A DNA stretch of 64,000 bases from the NCBI GenBank assembly GCA_002269645.1, contig NIVC01000365.1, positions 248,001 through 312,000 of the forward strand, written 5' to 3'. This document shows positions 27,822 through 39,211 of the stretch, piece by piece (within the stretch, counting starts at the first letter, position 1; each line of letters starts with the position of its first letter). This DNA is from Macrostomum lignano. Taxonomy: Eukaryota. A program made the position numbers and the translations under genes. Below the pieces are notes generated by a model. The model ran no database searches and was not told where the DNA came from. It saw nothing but the letters and a program-made list of their open reading frames with translations.

Positions 27822-30800
27822 TCACTGCCAGTACTCCAGGCTCTCATCATCACTGGAGTCGTCATTTCCATTCCACTGCGGTTGATGGACTCCAGCGCTG
27901 CCTGGCTGCTGCATATTTGGAATCTGTGGCGGCGACAGGTGCCGTTTTAAAGACGACGCCTGCGGCCGAGGATGATCAGCGCTGCCACTGACGGTCCTGA
28001 GAGCGGCTGCTGGCTGCTGCCGACGCTGTTGATTCACCAGAAACGATCTGCTGTAGAACGGCAGGTCGCGGCCTTTCTGCTGCTGCTGAGGTCGCCGATG
28101 ATCTGGTCGAGAACCACGGGGATTGGTCAGCGGGAGGTCTCGCTGAGGCGAACGCTGGCGGCTGTGACGCGACCCGGAGGAATGACGCGATGGCGAGCGC
28201 GAGCGATTCGGCCGGGAGTCCCACGGCATCGGCGAAGGCGAGGCGTTGCTGTTGCTACCCGGCTTGGCTTGAGCGGCTGGCCCGAATCCGAACTGAGACG
28301 GCTGCTTTTGGCGCTGCTGCTGGAACTGCCGCAGGCTGTTGCTGGGCGGCTGGCGCAGGATCAGCATTTTCGGCTCCTCCTCTGCGCCAGGCAGATCAGC
28401 TGACGCCACCCGGCCGCTACGCCGGATAACCTCGGCCGGGGTCGGCAGCTGGAAGGCCGCGGTCTGCTCTCTGGTTGGCGGGAGCAAGTGCAGGTACGCT
28501 TGCCTATCATTCTGATCGTCTGGCAATGAGTCAGAGGCCGCCTGCTGCAACTGGCACTCCTGCTTCTTGGCTGACGGCTGCGGCTGGTAGGCTTGGCACT
28601 TGGACTGGCCGGCATTGGCTGTTGGCCATTGCTCTTGGCGCGTGACGAATGTTGCCGTGCCATTCTTGAATGCGCCCGCCGCTTCTGGCGCGGCAGCTGA
28701 GACAGAATTGGCCGCAGCTGTGGAGACATTATCCGGCGTCTCCTCCTTTGGTACAGTGTCGTCATCTTCTGTCAGGTCGATGACGATTGGCGCAGCGGAA
28801 GCGGCGGCGGCGGCGGCGGCAGGTGCGGCTGGGACTGCACTAGCTGTTGCCATGGAAACAGGCGGAGAAATAATCACAGGCGGCGGAGGACGCGACGGCG
28901 CGTCATCGAGCTCGTCGTCGCTGTGGGCGATTTCCATGTCGGAGGACTCGGACTCCGAATCGGCCAGCGTCCACACCGCGTTGCTGGCTGCCGGGTTGCT
29001 CGATGCCGCCAGCTTGACTCCGCCGCCGCTAGCGACTGTCTGCTGACTGGCAACGGCACCTGCGCCACCCCGAGACGATTCCGACTTGATCAGCTTCCAT
29101 GAGCTGGGCCCGTCGAATTCAACGTAGCCGTCGTCGTGACTGGCGGCGGCGAGGATCTCTTGGAACTCGGTGTCCACGTACAGCTGGCGCGGCTGGGTCG
29201 GCAACTTGCAGCAGGGGCAGCGCCAGTCGAGACGGGACCGGTTCACGCTCAGGTAGGAGGCCGCATCGAAGCACTGCAGGTGCCGGCACAGAACGCCGCG
29301 GACAGGTCGGACAATGCGGGTCATACTGATGGGGCAGGTCAGGGAGGCTGGCTGCTTGGCCACCTGGCAGTCGCCGCTAGATAAAGAGCCAAACAGAGTG
29401 GATTTGCAGGAGCCGCGCGGGATTCTCGCCAGCTCAGCTTCGACGCTTCTATAGCGGATGAGCAGCGTCTCCAAGCAGAAGCGCTGGCCGTCTGGCTGGC
29501 ACCAGGTGACTGTGACTTTATTACTCTCGCATAAATCAGTCTTGGAGTGATCCGTAATGTCCACGGGGACTCCGGCGACGCGCCCGCGCATCTGGGCAAG
29601 CTGCTCGCTCTGCAGGACGTTGGAATTCAGCCGGATGCTCAGCTGCTCGGGAAACTCGTCTACCCGGCTTTCGCCTTGGCCCTGAGAACACAGAGGGGAT
29701 TGAGGCAAGTGCTCAGTATGCGATCTCGGCTTGCTTGGCAAACAGGGGTCAGACAGTGAGAGTGCAGAGAGGGGGTCAGACAGTGAGGGTGAAAAGAGGG
29801 GGTCAGACAGTGAGGGAGCAGAGGGGTCAGACAGTGAGGGAGCAGAGGGGTCAGACAGTGAGGGAGCAGAGGGGTCAGGCAGTGAGGGTGCAGAGAGGGG
29901 GGTCAGACAGTGAGGGAGCAGAGGGGTCAGACAGTGAGGGTGCAGAGAGAGAGTCAGACAGTGAGGGTGCAGAGAGGGGGTCAGACAGTGAGGGTGCAGA
30001 GAGGGGGTCAGACAGTGAGGGTGCAGAGAGAGAGTCAGACAGTGAGGGTGCAGAGAGAGAGTCAGACAGTGAGGGAGCAGAGAGGGGGTCAGACAGTGAG
30101 GGAGCAGAAAGAGGGTCAGACAGTGAGGGTGCAGAGAAGGGGTCAGACAGTGAGGGTGCAGAGAGGGGGTCAGACAGTGAGGGTGCAGAGAGAGAGTCAG
30201 ACAGTGAGGGTGCAGAGAGAGAGTCAGACAGTGAGGGAGCAGAGAGGGGGTCAGACAGTGAGGGAGCAGAGAGAGGGTCAGACAGTGAGGGTGCAGAGAG
30301 AGAGTCAGACAGTGAGGGTGCAGAGAGGGGGTCAGACAGTGAGGGTGCAGAGAGGGGGTCAGACAGTGAGGGAGCAGAGGGGTCAGACAGTGAGGGTGCA
30401 GAGAGGGGGTCAGACAGTGAGGGAGCAGAGGGGTCAGACAGTGAGGAAGCAGAGGGGTCAGACAGTGAGTGCAGAGAATAGGAGGCAGACTCACTAGCAG
30501 CTTGTAGAAACGCATAATAAGGCGAGCGCCAGCCTTGATCAGGGGGGCGTGTTCCGGCTTAACAGTGAACTCCAGCAGCTGGCACTGCATCGCAGACAGA
30601 GGCTCGCTCTGTATCAACAGAGTCAGTGGGATCAAACTGCCCAGTACTTCCGCGAAGGGCAGCTGGACGCCACTAAATAACATTCGAGGCAAGTCGACCT
30701 GTCTGGCGGCTTCCCTAAGCTTAGTAGACCGGCACTTCAACAGGGCGGAGATCGGGACTGATTGAGCGTCCAGACAGGCTAGGAGGCGCCTGTAGAGACG

Positions 30801-30866
30801 CGCCTTGCGGCCATTGTGACTGAGATTCAGCACTACTAGCAGCTCGCGAACCTCGTGCTGGGCCAT
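27822..30866 (-). CDS. PIAS: PIAS-type SUMO E3 ligase (SAP-like, PINIT-like, SP-RING, SIM), complement(join(27822..29681,30495..30866)), ~743 aa
   Basis: SAP-like N-terminus ELLVVLNLSHNGRKARL; LPFAEVL, DEFP and PVDIT (PINIT-like); SP-RING SLTCPISMTRIVRPVRGVLCRHLQCFDAASYL...WRCPCC; SIM VIDLTEDDD. Intron CTA|GTGAGT...TTCTCAG|GGC is phase 0. Confidence 0.92.
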   Translation of the reverse strand: MAQHEVRELLVVLNLSHNGRKARLYRRLLACLDAQSVPISALLKCRSTKLREAARQVDLPRMLFSGVQLPFAEVLGSLIPLTLLIQSEPLSAMQCQLLEFTVKPEHAPLIKAGARLIMRFYKLLVSLPPILCTHCLTPLLPHCLTPLLPHCLTPSLHPHCLTPLLPHCLTPSLHPHCLTPSLHPHCLTLSLHPHCLTLSLLPHCLTPSLLPHCLTLSLHPHCLTLSLHPHCLTPSLHPHCLTPSLHPHCLTLFLLPHCLTPSLLPHCLTLSLHPHCLTLSLHPHCLTPSLHPHCLTPSLHPHCLTLSLHPHCLTPLLPHCLTPLSAPSLPDPSAPSLSDPSAPSLSDPSAPSLSDPLFSPSLSDPLSALSLSDPCLPSKPRSHTEHLPQSPLCSQGQGESRVDEFPEQLSIRLNSNVLQSEQLAQMRGRVAGVPVDITDHSKTDLCESNKVTVTWCQPDGQRFCLETLLIRYRSVEAELARIPRGSCKSTLFGSLSSGDCQVAKQPASLTCPISMTRIVRPVRGVLCRHLQCFDAASYLSVNRSRLDWRCPCCKLPTQPRQLYVDTEFQEILAAASHDDGYVEFDGPSSWKLIKSESSRGGAGAVASQQTVASGGGVKLAASSNPAASNAVWTLADSESESSDMEIAHSDDELDDAPSRPPPPVIISPPVSMATASAVPAAPAAAAAAASAAPIVIDLTEDDDTVPKEETPDNVSTAAANSVSAAAPEAAGAFKNGTATFVTRQEQWPTANAGQSKCQAYQPQPSAKKQECQLQQAASDSLPDDQNDRQAYLHLLPPTREQTAAFQLPTPAEVIRRSGRVASADLPGAEEEPKMLILRQPPSNSLRQFQQQRQKQPSQFGFGPAAQAKPGSNSNASPSPMPWDSRPNRSRSPSRHSSGSRHSRQRSPQRDLPLTNPRGSRPDHRRPQQQQKGRDLPFYSRSFLVNQQRRQQPAAALRTVSGSADHPRPQASSLKRHLSPPQIPNMQQPGSAGVHQPQWNGNDDSSDDESLEYWQ
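29745..30478. repeat. ~25-27-bp minisatellite (GTCAGACAGTGAGGGTGCAGAGAGGGG) filling the PIAS intron
   Basis: Direct reading. Confidence 0.95.
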
Positions 30867-31371
30867 GGTTGGCAGCAGATTCTAATAGATATTTGATTGA
30901 TTGGTTGGTTGTGTCAAAGAAATTGAGAGCCAGAGCATCAGGTAGCTATATGGTTAAAAACTATTAGTAATCATAGGTGTGTAACACTCAGATGGCGAGG
31001 GGCCCAAGCAACGTTAAATCGCAAAAATGCCACCCCCAAATACAGTCGTAGTACTAATTAGAAAACGAGGCATTTAGCCTTGATAATAGTCATAGTAACT
31101 CCTGCCGGTTACTCCAAATTACCTTAATTTTTCCTGTTTTCTTTCATAGGCAAGTGGCATGGCCAGTGTAAATCAGGGGTGTTGTGCATGTATGTTAGCA
31201 ACTGGATTTATGTCTTGGTCCTAGACATAGAAACAGCATAGAAATGCTCTTTCACAATATACTAAATCTCTAAGTCAGATACTAATACTGGACTCCTTGA
31301 CAACCAGGTAACTGGGTAGATAATACATGTACATACTCATTTTACACATTATTCCAAGCAGGGACTATTTA

Positions 31372-31592
31372 GGGGCTATAGCCTAGTGGTTTAGTCTGAC
31401 ATACACTGATGCACTAGCAGCCCAGGCTTGATTTCAAGTGCAGTGACATTAATTTAGGGCTTAATTGAAATCTTGGCTTGGTCTTGCTTAACACAATTAA
31501 TGCCATTGAGAGCTAACCTTCTAAGGAATAGTGAAATGTATGCCTAATGATAAATAAAGTTAGGGCCATTATACACTACTGTGTATGCCTAT
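31372..31592 (+). mobile_element. Decayed copy of SINE family 2
   Basis: Colinear with 12407-12620 (e.g. GCCCAGGCTYGATT, ACATTAATT, AATCTYGGCTTGG, CAATTAA, AGTGAA, AATGATAAA, TTAGGGCC). No CpG left. Confidence 0.8.
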
Positions 31593-32499
31593 GTGCATAA
31601 CTATATATGTATCTGCACCTATATGCCTATACAGAGGAATTAGCAAAATGGGCAATAATGTCTATTGCTAGTTATGCTTTAAAGTATGCCAATGTGCACA
31701 TAATTGAGGTAAGGTACATTGTTTGAGGAAAGCTAAGAAAACAAAAGCAAAATGAAATGGAACAAAAAGCAAATGAAAGCATTATCATTTTCTTAGCTTT
31801 CACATTGCCCTACTGCTATTAATAAAAGCAAAGACTAGTATAGAAAAAAATTCAATACCAAAAGACAAACTTGCAAAATATATAAGGTCATAACAATGAA
31901 AATAACTTACCTCAATGATATCATTACATCTAGTGTTCAGCTGCAATTGCACCATTTTATATATCAATACTATGCCAAAATATTGCCTTGGGCTTGTTTA
32001 TGCAGAAAAATATTTCAAATTTCAAATTTCAAGTATTATACAATGAAGTCTATAGTGTAGTACTCATATATAATTATTGTATTATTGCTAATTTTTGTGC
32101 CATTTGGATATAATTAGGTCCAGCTATATTGGTATAACTAATAGACATGCAAAATAACTTATTTAAATCACAAATGATAGTTTTGAAATGAACTTGACAG
32201 CATAATAATTTAGTAGTTTATATTGATAATGTAGACAAAAGCCTGCTCTAACATAGCCAAAGCAACTTGAGCTTGATATATTTGAGTCAAATAGTTAGGC
32301 CTATTAGACCTAACATCAGGTGGAAGAGAATAGGCATGGTCATAGATACCAGTATATACAATAAGAGTGACAATTATTCTAGGCAAGGTATAGGGGCCAA
32401 AAGTGCTTTATAGGCCCTAATATCTCAAAATTAACTAGGCAAAAAATATTTTAATGTTAACTTTTAAATGTTTTAAATTATAAATTATAATTGAGCCAA

Positions 32500-33985
32500 A
32501 TGAGAGTGGAGAGGAGAAGGAATAGACTATTAGAAGAGAGGAGAGGTGAGAGGGGGGTAAGAGAAAACATGGAAGATAAGAGGAGAGACAAGTGGTGAGG
32601 AGAGAGCAGAGAAGAAGGGAGGAAGAAGCGAGAGGAGGGGAGAAAGGAGGAAGAGAAAAGAGTAAAGGTGAGAAGAGGGGAAAGATGAGACAGAGGATCG
32701 ATGAGAGAGGAGAGTAGAGAATAGTGAGAAGAGAGTAGAGATGAGAGAGCAGAAAGAAGATGATAGAGGGTCGAGAGGAGAGGAGAGATTAGAGAGGAGA
32801 GAGTAGAAAGGATAGAGAAGAGAGGAGATAAGAGGGGAGAGAGAAGTGAGAAGAGAAGAGATAGAGATAAGAGAGTGGTGAAAGAAGAGGGGAGAAAGGA
32901 GAGATGAGAAAGTAAAGGGAAGAGGAGAGAGGAAAGAGATGAGATTGTAGAGATGAGACAGATTAAAGGAGAGATGAGAGTAAAGATAAGAGATTAAAAA
33001 GGTGAGAGGAGAGTGTAGAGAGATGAGAGAAAAATAATAGAAGAGAGAGAGTATAGAAAAAGGAAGAGAAAAGAAGAGAGGAGTCAGAAGAAGGGAAAGA
33101 GGAGAGTATAGTGAAGATAAGTGAGAGAATGTATGAGAGTAAAGATGACAGATGAGAAAGCAGAGATGAGGGTGAACAGACAAGAGATGGGAGAGTAGAG
33201 AGAACAGAGGAGAGATAAGAGAGAAAAGATTACAGAGACTAGAGGAGAGAGGAGAGACAGGGAGAGAGAAGTGAGTGAGGAGAGAGAAGAGGAAATAGGA
33301 GAATGAAGAGGGGAGAGAGGAGAGAGGAGAAGAGAGATGGGAGAGGAGAGATAAAAGAGAGAGAAAGAGATAGAGAGAGAGAGAAGAGAGGTCACAGTGT
33401 GTTTGAAAAAATACTTAATTTAATATTGGCTATTGGTTTTGAGCATCTAGGCTCTTTGTCAGGCTCTTTCAGAGAGAGAAAGAGAGAGAGAGAGAGGGAG
33501 AGAGAGAGAAGGAAAGAGAGAGAGAGAGAGGAGGGCGCCTCCAATCTCAGGCACGGACGCGGTACATGTAAAAAGGACAAACAAGTCAAGATGATTTAAG
33601 TTGCCGATATTTCGAATTAGGTAAATTCTTTGTCAGGGCAAATGAAAAGTAGCGACAAGTGGTGTTGTAAAAGTTATTAAATAGGCGGGTTAGAGGGGAG
33701 AGAGAGTAGGCAGGTAGATAGAGAGCGTACGGTATGTACACTTGGTGTGAGTCGATAAAACACTATTAGAGTTGAAAATGCAAAATAAAAAACAGTGCAC
33801 AAATAAAGTGAACCGCACGTGGGCTGCAGCGATCCTACACACGAAATAAATAATGGAATAGTGCGACTGCACCGGTGTCTAAAATAATTTATAATTAAGA
33901 AAAAATACTTAATTTAATATTGGCTACTGGTTTTGAGCATCTGGGCTCTTTGTCAGGCTCTTTCAGAGAGAGAAAGAGAGAGAGA

Positions 33986-34045
<60 letters not shown>

Positions 34046-34495
34046 ACAGAGCAGAGAGAAACAAGAAGAGATAAGAGAGAAAAGACAGAAGAGAAAGGAG
34101 AGATAAAAGAGCAGACAAGTGAGAAGAGTTGTGAAGGAAAAGACAAGCGACGAGGGGAGAGAGAAGAGATAAAACAAAAAAAGAGATGAGAGGAAAGAGA
34201 GAGAGGAAAGAGAGAGAGGAAAGAGTAGAGAGGAGAGATGAGAGAGTAAAGGAGAGAATTAAGAGAAAAGAGAAAAGAATAGAGAGAAGAAAGAAGAGAC
34301 GAGAGAAGAGGGGGAGAGAGGAGAGAGAAAACAAAAAAGTAGAGAAGAAAGAGGAGAGGAAAGAGAAAAGAAGAGGGAAGAGATGAGATAAGAGATATGA
34401 AAGAGAAGAAAGATGAGGGAAGATACGAGAGAAGAGAGGAGAGAGGAGAGAATAAAGAGGAGAGATGAGTGATAAAAGGAGAGACGAGGGAGGAA
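32500..34495. repeat. Degenerate purine-rich (GA/GAA/GGA) low-complexity tracts with (GA)n; similar tract at 37380-37620
   Basis: Direct reading; source of S/L/F-rich antisense ORFs. Confidence 0.88.
33407..34000 (+). repeat. ~95-bp direct repeat pair (33407-33500 and 33901-34000)
   Basis: AAAATACTTAATTTAATATTGGCTAYTGGTTTTGAGCATCTRGGCTCTTTGTCAGGCTCTTTCAGAGAGAGAAAGAGAG occurs twice, 494 bp apart. Confidence 0.88.
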
Positions 34496-34849
34496 GTTTT
34501 TGTTTGAGTGTGAATGTGACTTTAGATAGTAGAATACATGCAAAAATAGTTCCAAGGATTGGAATTCCATGAGTTCAAATTCTGCGGGTTTCAACAGCTT
34601 GTTGATTAATAGTAAAAAACTTTAAAATAATAATTTTATTTTGAGTTAGCCTAAAATAGATTAGAAAATAGCGGTTTTTTAGTTTTAAGTATTTTTAATA
34701 TTTATTTTATTTTTAGTTATCTAGTTATGTTTTCTCCTATCACCTAAAATTAGGCCTATTTTAATCATTAGGCCCCTAAAATATTCAATTCTTCTAGTAT
34801 AGAGTAGCTTATTTAATAAATTCTTTTTAATTACTTTAATTTAATTGCC

Positions 34850-35150
34850 AACGCATTTTGACCCTTATAGGTCATCGTCAAGGCAATAATGAAATTTAAA
34901 ATTTTAATAAATAGTTGAATAAATATACCCTATAATAAGTTGAATATACAATATAAATTAATGTACATAGTTTTCAATTGAAACAAGTTCTAATACATGG
35001 TGCAGTAGTGTACACTCCAAGCTAAAACACACTGAGTTGGCGGCTAGCACCCCCCATAGCTAGCTGGTAGTTTAAGCTTAGGTATCAGTAAATTGAAAAT
35101 TTTAATTTCATTACTGCCTTGACAATAACCTATAAGGGTCAAAATGCATT
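34850..35150. mobile_element. MITE-like element with ~55-bp terminal inverted repeats
   Basis: 34850-34905 AACGCATTTTGACCCTTATAGGTCATCGTCAAGGCAATAATGAAATTTAAAATTTT is the reverse complement of 35096-35150 with 4 transitions and 1 indel. No clear TSD. Confidence 0.72.
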
Positions 35151-37774
35151 TAAATTTAAATAAATAAAAACAAGTTAATATTTGTTTTCTCATTCATTTT
35201 ATTCAATTCTTATTTTGTTAAATTTAGGCCTAGTAAATAATCATAGAAATCTCTGAACAAAATGTAGGCCTATATAGGCTTATCTATCATTAAAATTAGG
35301 CCTTACTTTTGTTGGTATTTTATTTCAATGGGGCTAATACCAATTACCAAGTCAAGATACTAGACCTAGTGTTGACCTAGGTCTATTCTAAAACTTTATA
35401 GTTACCCAAGAACAAGATGGAATCCTTGCTTGGGCCTTGTGGCATTGGGAGAAGGATAGGATAATGTAGGTGCATATTCTTGTAGCAGCTACAACAGCAT
35501 ACATGTAAGTGCATATGTCAGCTGAAAATAGGAGAACTTGAGCACACTTGTATATAAAATTCAAAGCCTGTGATTAAAATGAAAGATGTGCAGTCAAGCA
35601 ATAGGCCTAGACCCATAGACTAGCAGATTTTATCACAATTATAAACCATGTTCTCTATCCATTTGGGAGTCTCTTGAGAAAAGTAACAAGTGTCACATCC
35701 TGCTGTAGCCATAGGAGTATAATATAGGCCTATGTATGCCTGGTCTAGGCCTAGGTTAATGAGGCAGAGGCGGAGGTCCAACTCTAACTAACTAGAGACC
35801 ACTAGACCAGTAGAGTAGCCATACAGTTATTTGATTTATCACTAGGCCTAGTTTCGAATTAACAGCACAGCATGATTACACCTGTAAGTGATAATAAGAA
35901 GACATAGTCATAGTCATTGTATTGTATAAGGTCATAAGTATATCATTCATCAATTGTCCGCTCGATTGATCGTTCTGGGGACTAATCTGAGCCAAGCTAC
36001 ATCTACATGATGTGATAATATTATACCTAAGTTTAAAAAATAATTACGAAGAAAAAAATTAAATTTCTCTACTATAATTTCTGAAGTTTAACACATTTCA
36101 AGTTCTGAGTTTTATTGCTAGTCTCTAAAGAAATTTTTTTGCGAAATAATTGGTTACAGTTAAATTTTTGTTCATTTTGAATGTCTTAAGACAATTTTAT
36201 GCTGCATTTATCTAGCGTATTGTAAATATTTAAAATTAGGTGAGCACTTGCAGATCGAAATCAATCAGTAGAGTAGAGAGTAGCAACGGTTAGCAAGTTA
36301 AGTAGCCTTGGTGGTGCGTGTGCTGTTATCCCGCTGGGATTGTTGCTTGATTTAATTGGCAATGAAGTTGCACTTACGTCTATGAATTGATATACGGAAA
36401 ATAGGATTAGTGTCAATTCTCAAAGTGAATGCCCCATATTACTATTTGTATATATATACAGTCCAGATAGGCCTATGCCCCATATGCTTTTTGTATTTTT
36501 TAGCTTTTATCTAGACTTAGAGCCAATTATTTGAGCTTTATTTATGCTAACTGTCTTGTATAGTTTGTAATTATAACTTGTATAACTGAAATTGTAGAAT
36601 CAAGAGTCTAGGGTATATGCCTAATCCTTATCTCTGGCTATGCCTAGAATATAGTTTGTACTCCTAAAGTTATACAATTTGAAACCTATTATTTTCTTAC
36701 CACTATAAAGAAATAATGGTTTCTATTTAATCTTATTCCTAGACCAAGGCTTAAAACCTTTAGGTCTGTGCCAGAAAAAAATCTAACTAGGACTAAGCAG
36801 CAATCTCCTAGTTTACTGCATTAAATTATTTTTGGGTAGAAAATGAAAAGTTACATATTTCAACAGTTGACAGTAGTTAAAAGGCAGTCCAAAGTATCAA
36901 TAATAATGTATAACCCAATATAGGAAGTTCCCAAGCTCTTTCTTTGGGAAAAGGTGGTGCCACAGGTACAGGGTGCTTGCGCCCTCCTTTATTTCCTTTA
37001 TCTCCTTTATTCTCCTTTTTTGGCAAACCCCTCCTTTATCTCCTTTATCTCTTTTATTTACAAGATTTTTGGGACTTTCTCCTTTATTTTAGCCACTTTA
37101 GCTTAGCTCTAGAATTTAGTACTTAATGTATTATTACTTTAGTCTTTAAGGTCCTTTTAAATAATCATTTTTAAGAAGACTATTTTCCTAGGCAAAGTTA
37201 TGTAGAAGAATAGTTTGTAAGTCTCAACAAAGGTTTGTATATATGATTAATTAATAATTGAACAAAATTTAAAGATCAACCCTAGGTTAGCCACAATATT
37301 AGATAGGCCCTATGTAGAACTATGGAGCTAGAAATATACATGTTCTTCTTAGGACTGCAAATTGGCTAGAAAGATGATGTGATCAAAGTAATCAACAATA
37401 GCAAAGGAAAGAAAAAGGAAGAGGGGAGAGATGAGAGGAAAGATGAGAGATCCCAGAGGGGATACAAGAAAGAGTAGAAAAAATAATAGAGATAAGCAAG
37501 ATGAAAGAGAAGAAAAAAGAATAGAGAGGACAAGAGAATGGAAAGAATAGAAAAGAGATAAAAGGAAAGATAGAAGAGAGGAGAGAGGAGAGGAGACAGA
37601 AAAAAAGATATAAGTTTCAGAAGACCCAAAAAACATAGAGATACAGAGGCAAGAGGCTACCAGAGTTTGCCTATATAAGCCTTAGACATACATTGCCTGT
37701 CATTGTTACATTACCAAATTGAAACTCCTTTATTTTGGGATCAGTCAGTCTCTTTTATTTTACTTTCTCAAAAT

Positions 37775-37960
37775 GCACAGGCACCCTGTAGGTACTCATT
37801 GAGGTGGGTCTCAAACAGGGTGTCGCTGGTGCCATGCATCGCCCTGAATTTGGCCTTGACATGTGCCCATGGTGTTTGTATGGACAGTTGGGTTGTGGGG
37901 GTCCACAAAGTGGAATTGGTGATTGTAGTTCGTGCTCTAGGCCTCCCAGCCTTATGGGCA
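37775..37960 (-). pseudogene. Frameshifted remnant of a Merlin/IS1595 (ISXO2-like) DDE transposase C-terminus
   Basis: Minus strand reads GLEHEL / NHQFHFVDPHNPTVHTNT / WAHVKAKFRAMHGTSDTLFETHLNEYL. This matches the Merlin motif VNH..FVDP..HTNxIE.W...K....GTS....L.E; the IE segment is deleted and there are two frameshifts. Confidence 0.72.
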
Positions 37961-39211
37961 GTCAGCAGGTAGGCTGAAAAGTTTTGAAAGTAGGCAAATA
38001 ATTTAACTCAGTAGGAGATTGCCGGCCTAAGCAGTAATGTAAATTTATTATTATATTTATAACTTTAGTTAATAACTTATTTTTAATGACAATTTAACTT
38101 ATTTTTATTTTTAAAACATCTTGTATCTAACATTCTAACTAAAAATCATTTTCATATCATTTTCCCAAAAAAGTTTGCATTTTGCCTCGATTATCTATTT
38201 ATATCTTGATTTATGCCTTAATAAATTTATAACCATATGTCTAGGCCTAATAATATGTCCATCCTAATGTTCACTATGAATGTACATTAGGATGTATGAC
38301 TACTATAGGCCTAGTCTTTATATCATGCCTATGTAGGAAAAAATCTTTTTGATGATAGTCTATCCATTCCTAAAGGTATTTTGCTAAAAAAATTGACAAA
38401 TTAAGCTAATACAACCAACAACTTCACAATCAAAACTCATAGTCTTATAGGAATGATGGGATAAAAGCTAGTTTTCTTTATAAAGTTAAATGTTTCAATA
38501 CAAAAATTGATTTATAGGCTACTTTTATATTGTTAAATAGTAAGAGTGCTATAGGCCAGACTTAAAGATATAGTAAGCTAGCTCTAGCCTATAGGCTGGA
38601 GTTTGCCAACCTCTGATTGACAATAGAAGCTGATTTTAAAAGTTTGTTTTAATATCTGCATATCATACTCCAAGCATAGTTGCTATAGACATAGTATTAG
38701 ATTAAATGATTTTTATCTATTGTTTTAAATATATAATAAAATAAAAATGTCTAATAAGTGTAGTTAATCAAAATAATCACCTTTGGTGCTGATAACTTCA
38801 AATGGCATTTATCAGCACTTTATCAGTTATCAGCACCTGCTCCAGATAGCACAGCTAGACAGCAGAATTATGCAAAATATATTTCTGAAATGTAAAACAG
38901 CTTTCTATAAAAAAAACTCGACCTTGTATTGATCAGTAACGAACTTGAGTGTGTGGGGCTGGGCTGCTGCAGTGAGCTACTGAGCTCCAGCAGGAAGGCA
39001 TTGCTCTCTTATCTCAAGTGTGGAGGTCATAGGGCAGATTGTGCCCAATAAGTTTTGCTCACGCCATTAACTATTGCCCTCCCCTCCACCTGTTTCCATG
39101 CATTTTAAATATGCGTCCAATTTAGAAATTCGCTTACTCGCTTTCACTTTGAATCGTCCCGCCAGTCTCCAAAATTTCTCCCCCGCCCCGATCCCGCAGT
39201 CCTCAGTCGGC

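Noticed and set aside
30870-30900. Spliced-leader RNA gene or operon evidence
   Set aside because: An AG lies just 5' of the PIAS ATG, but no SL RNA-like sequence was recognised and trans-splicing cannot be shown from DNA alone.
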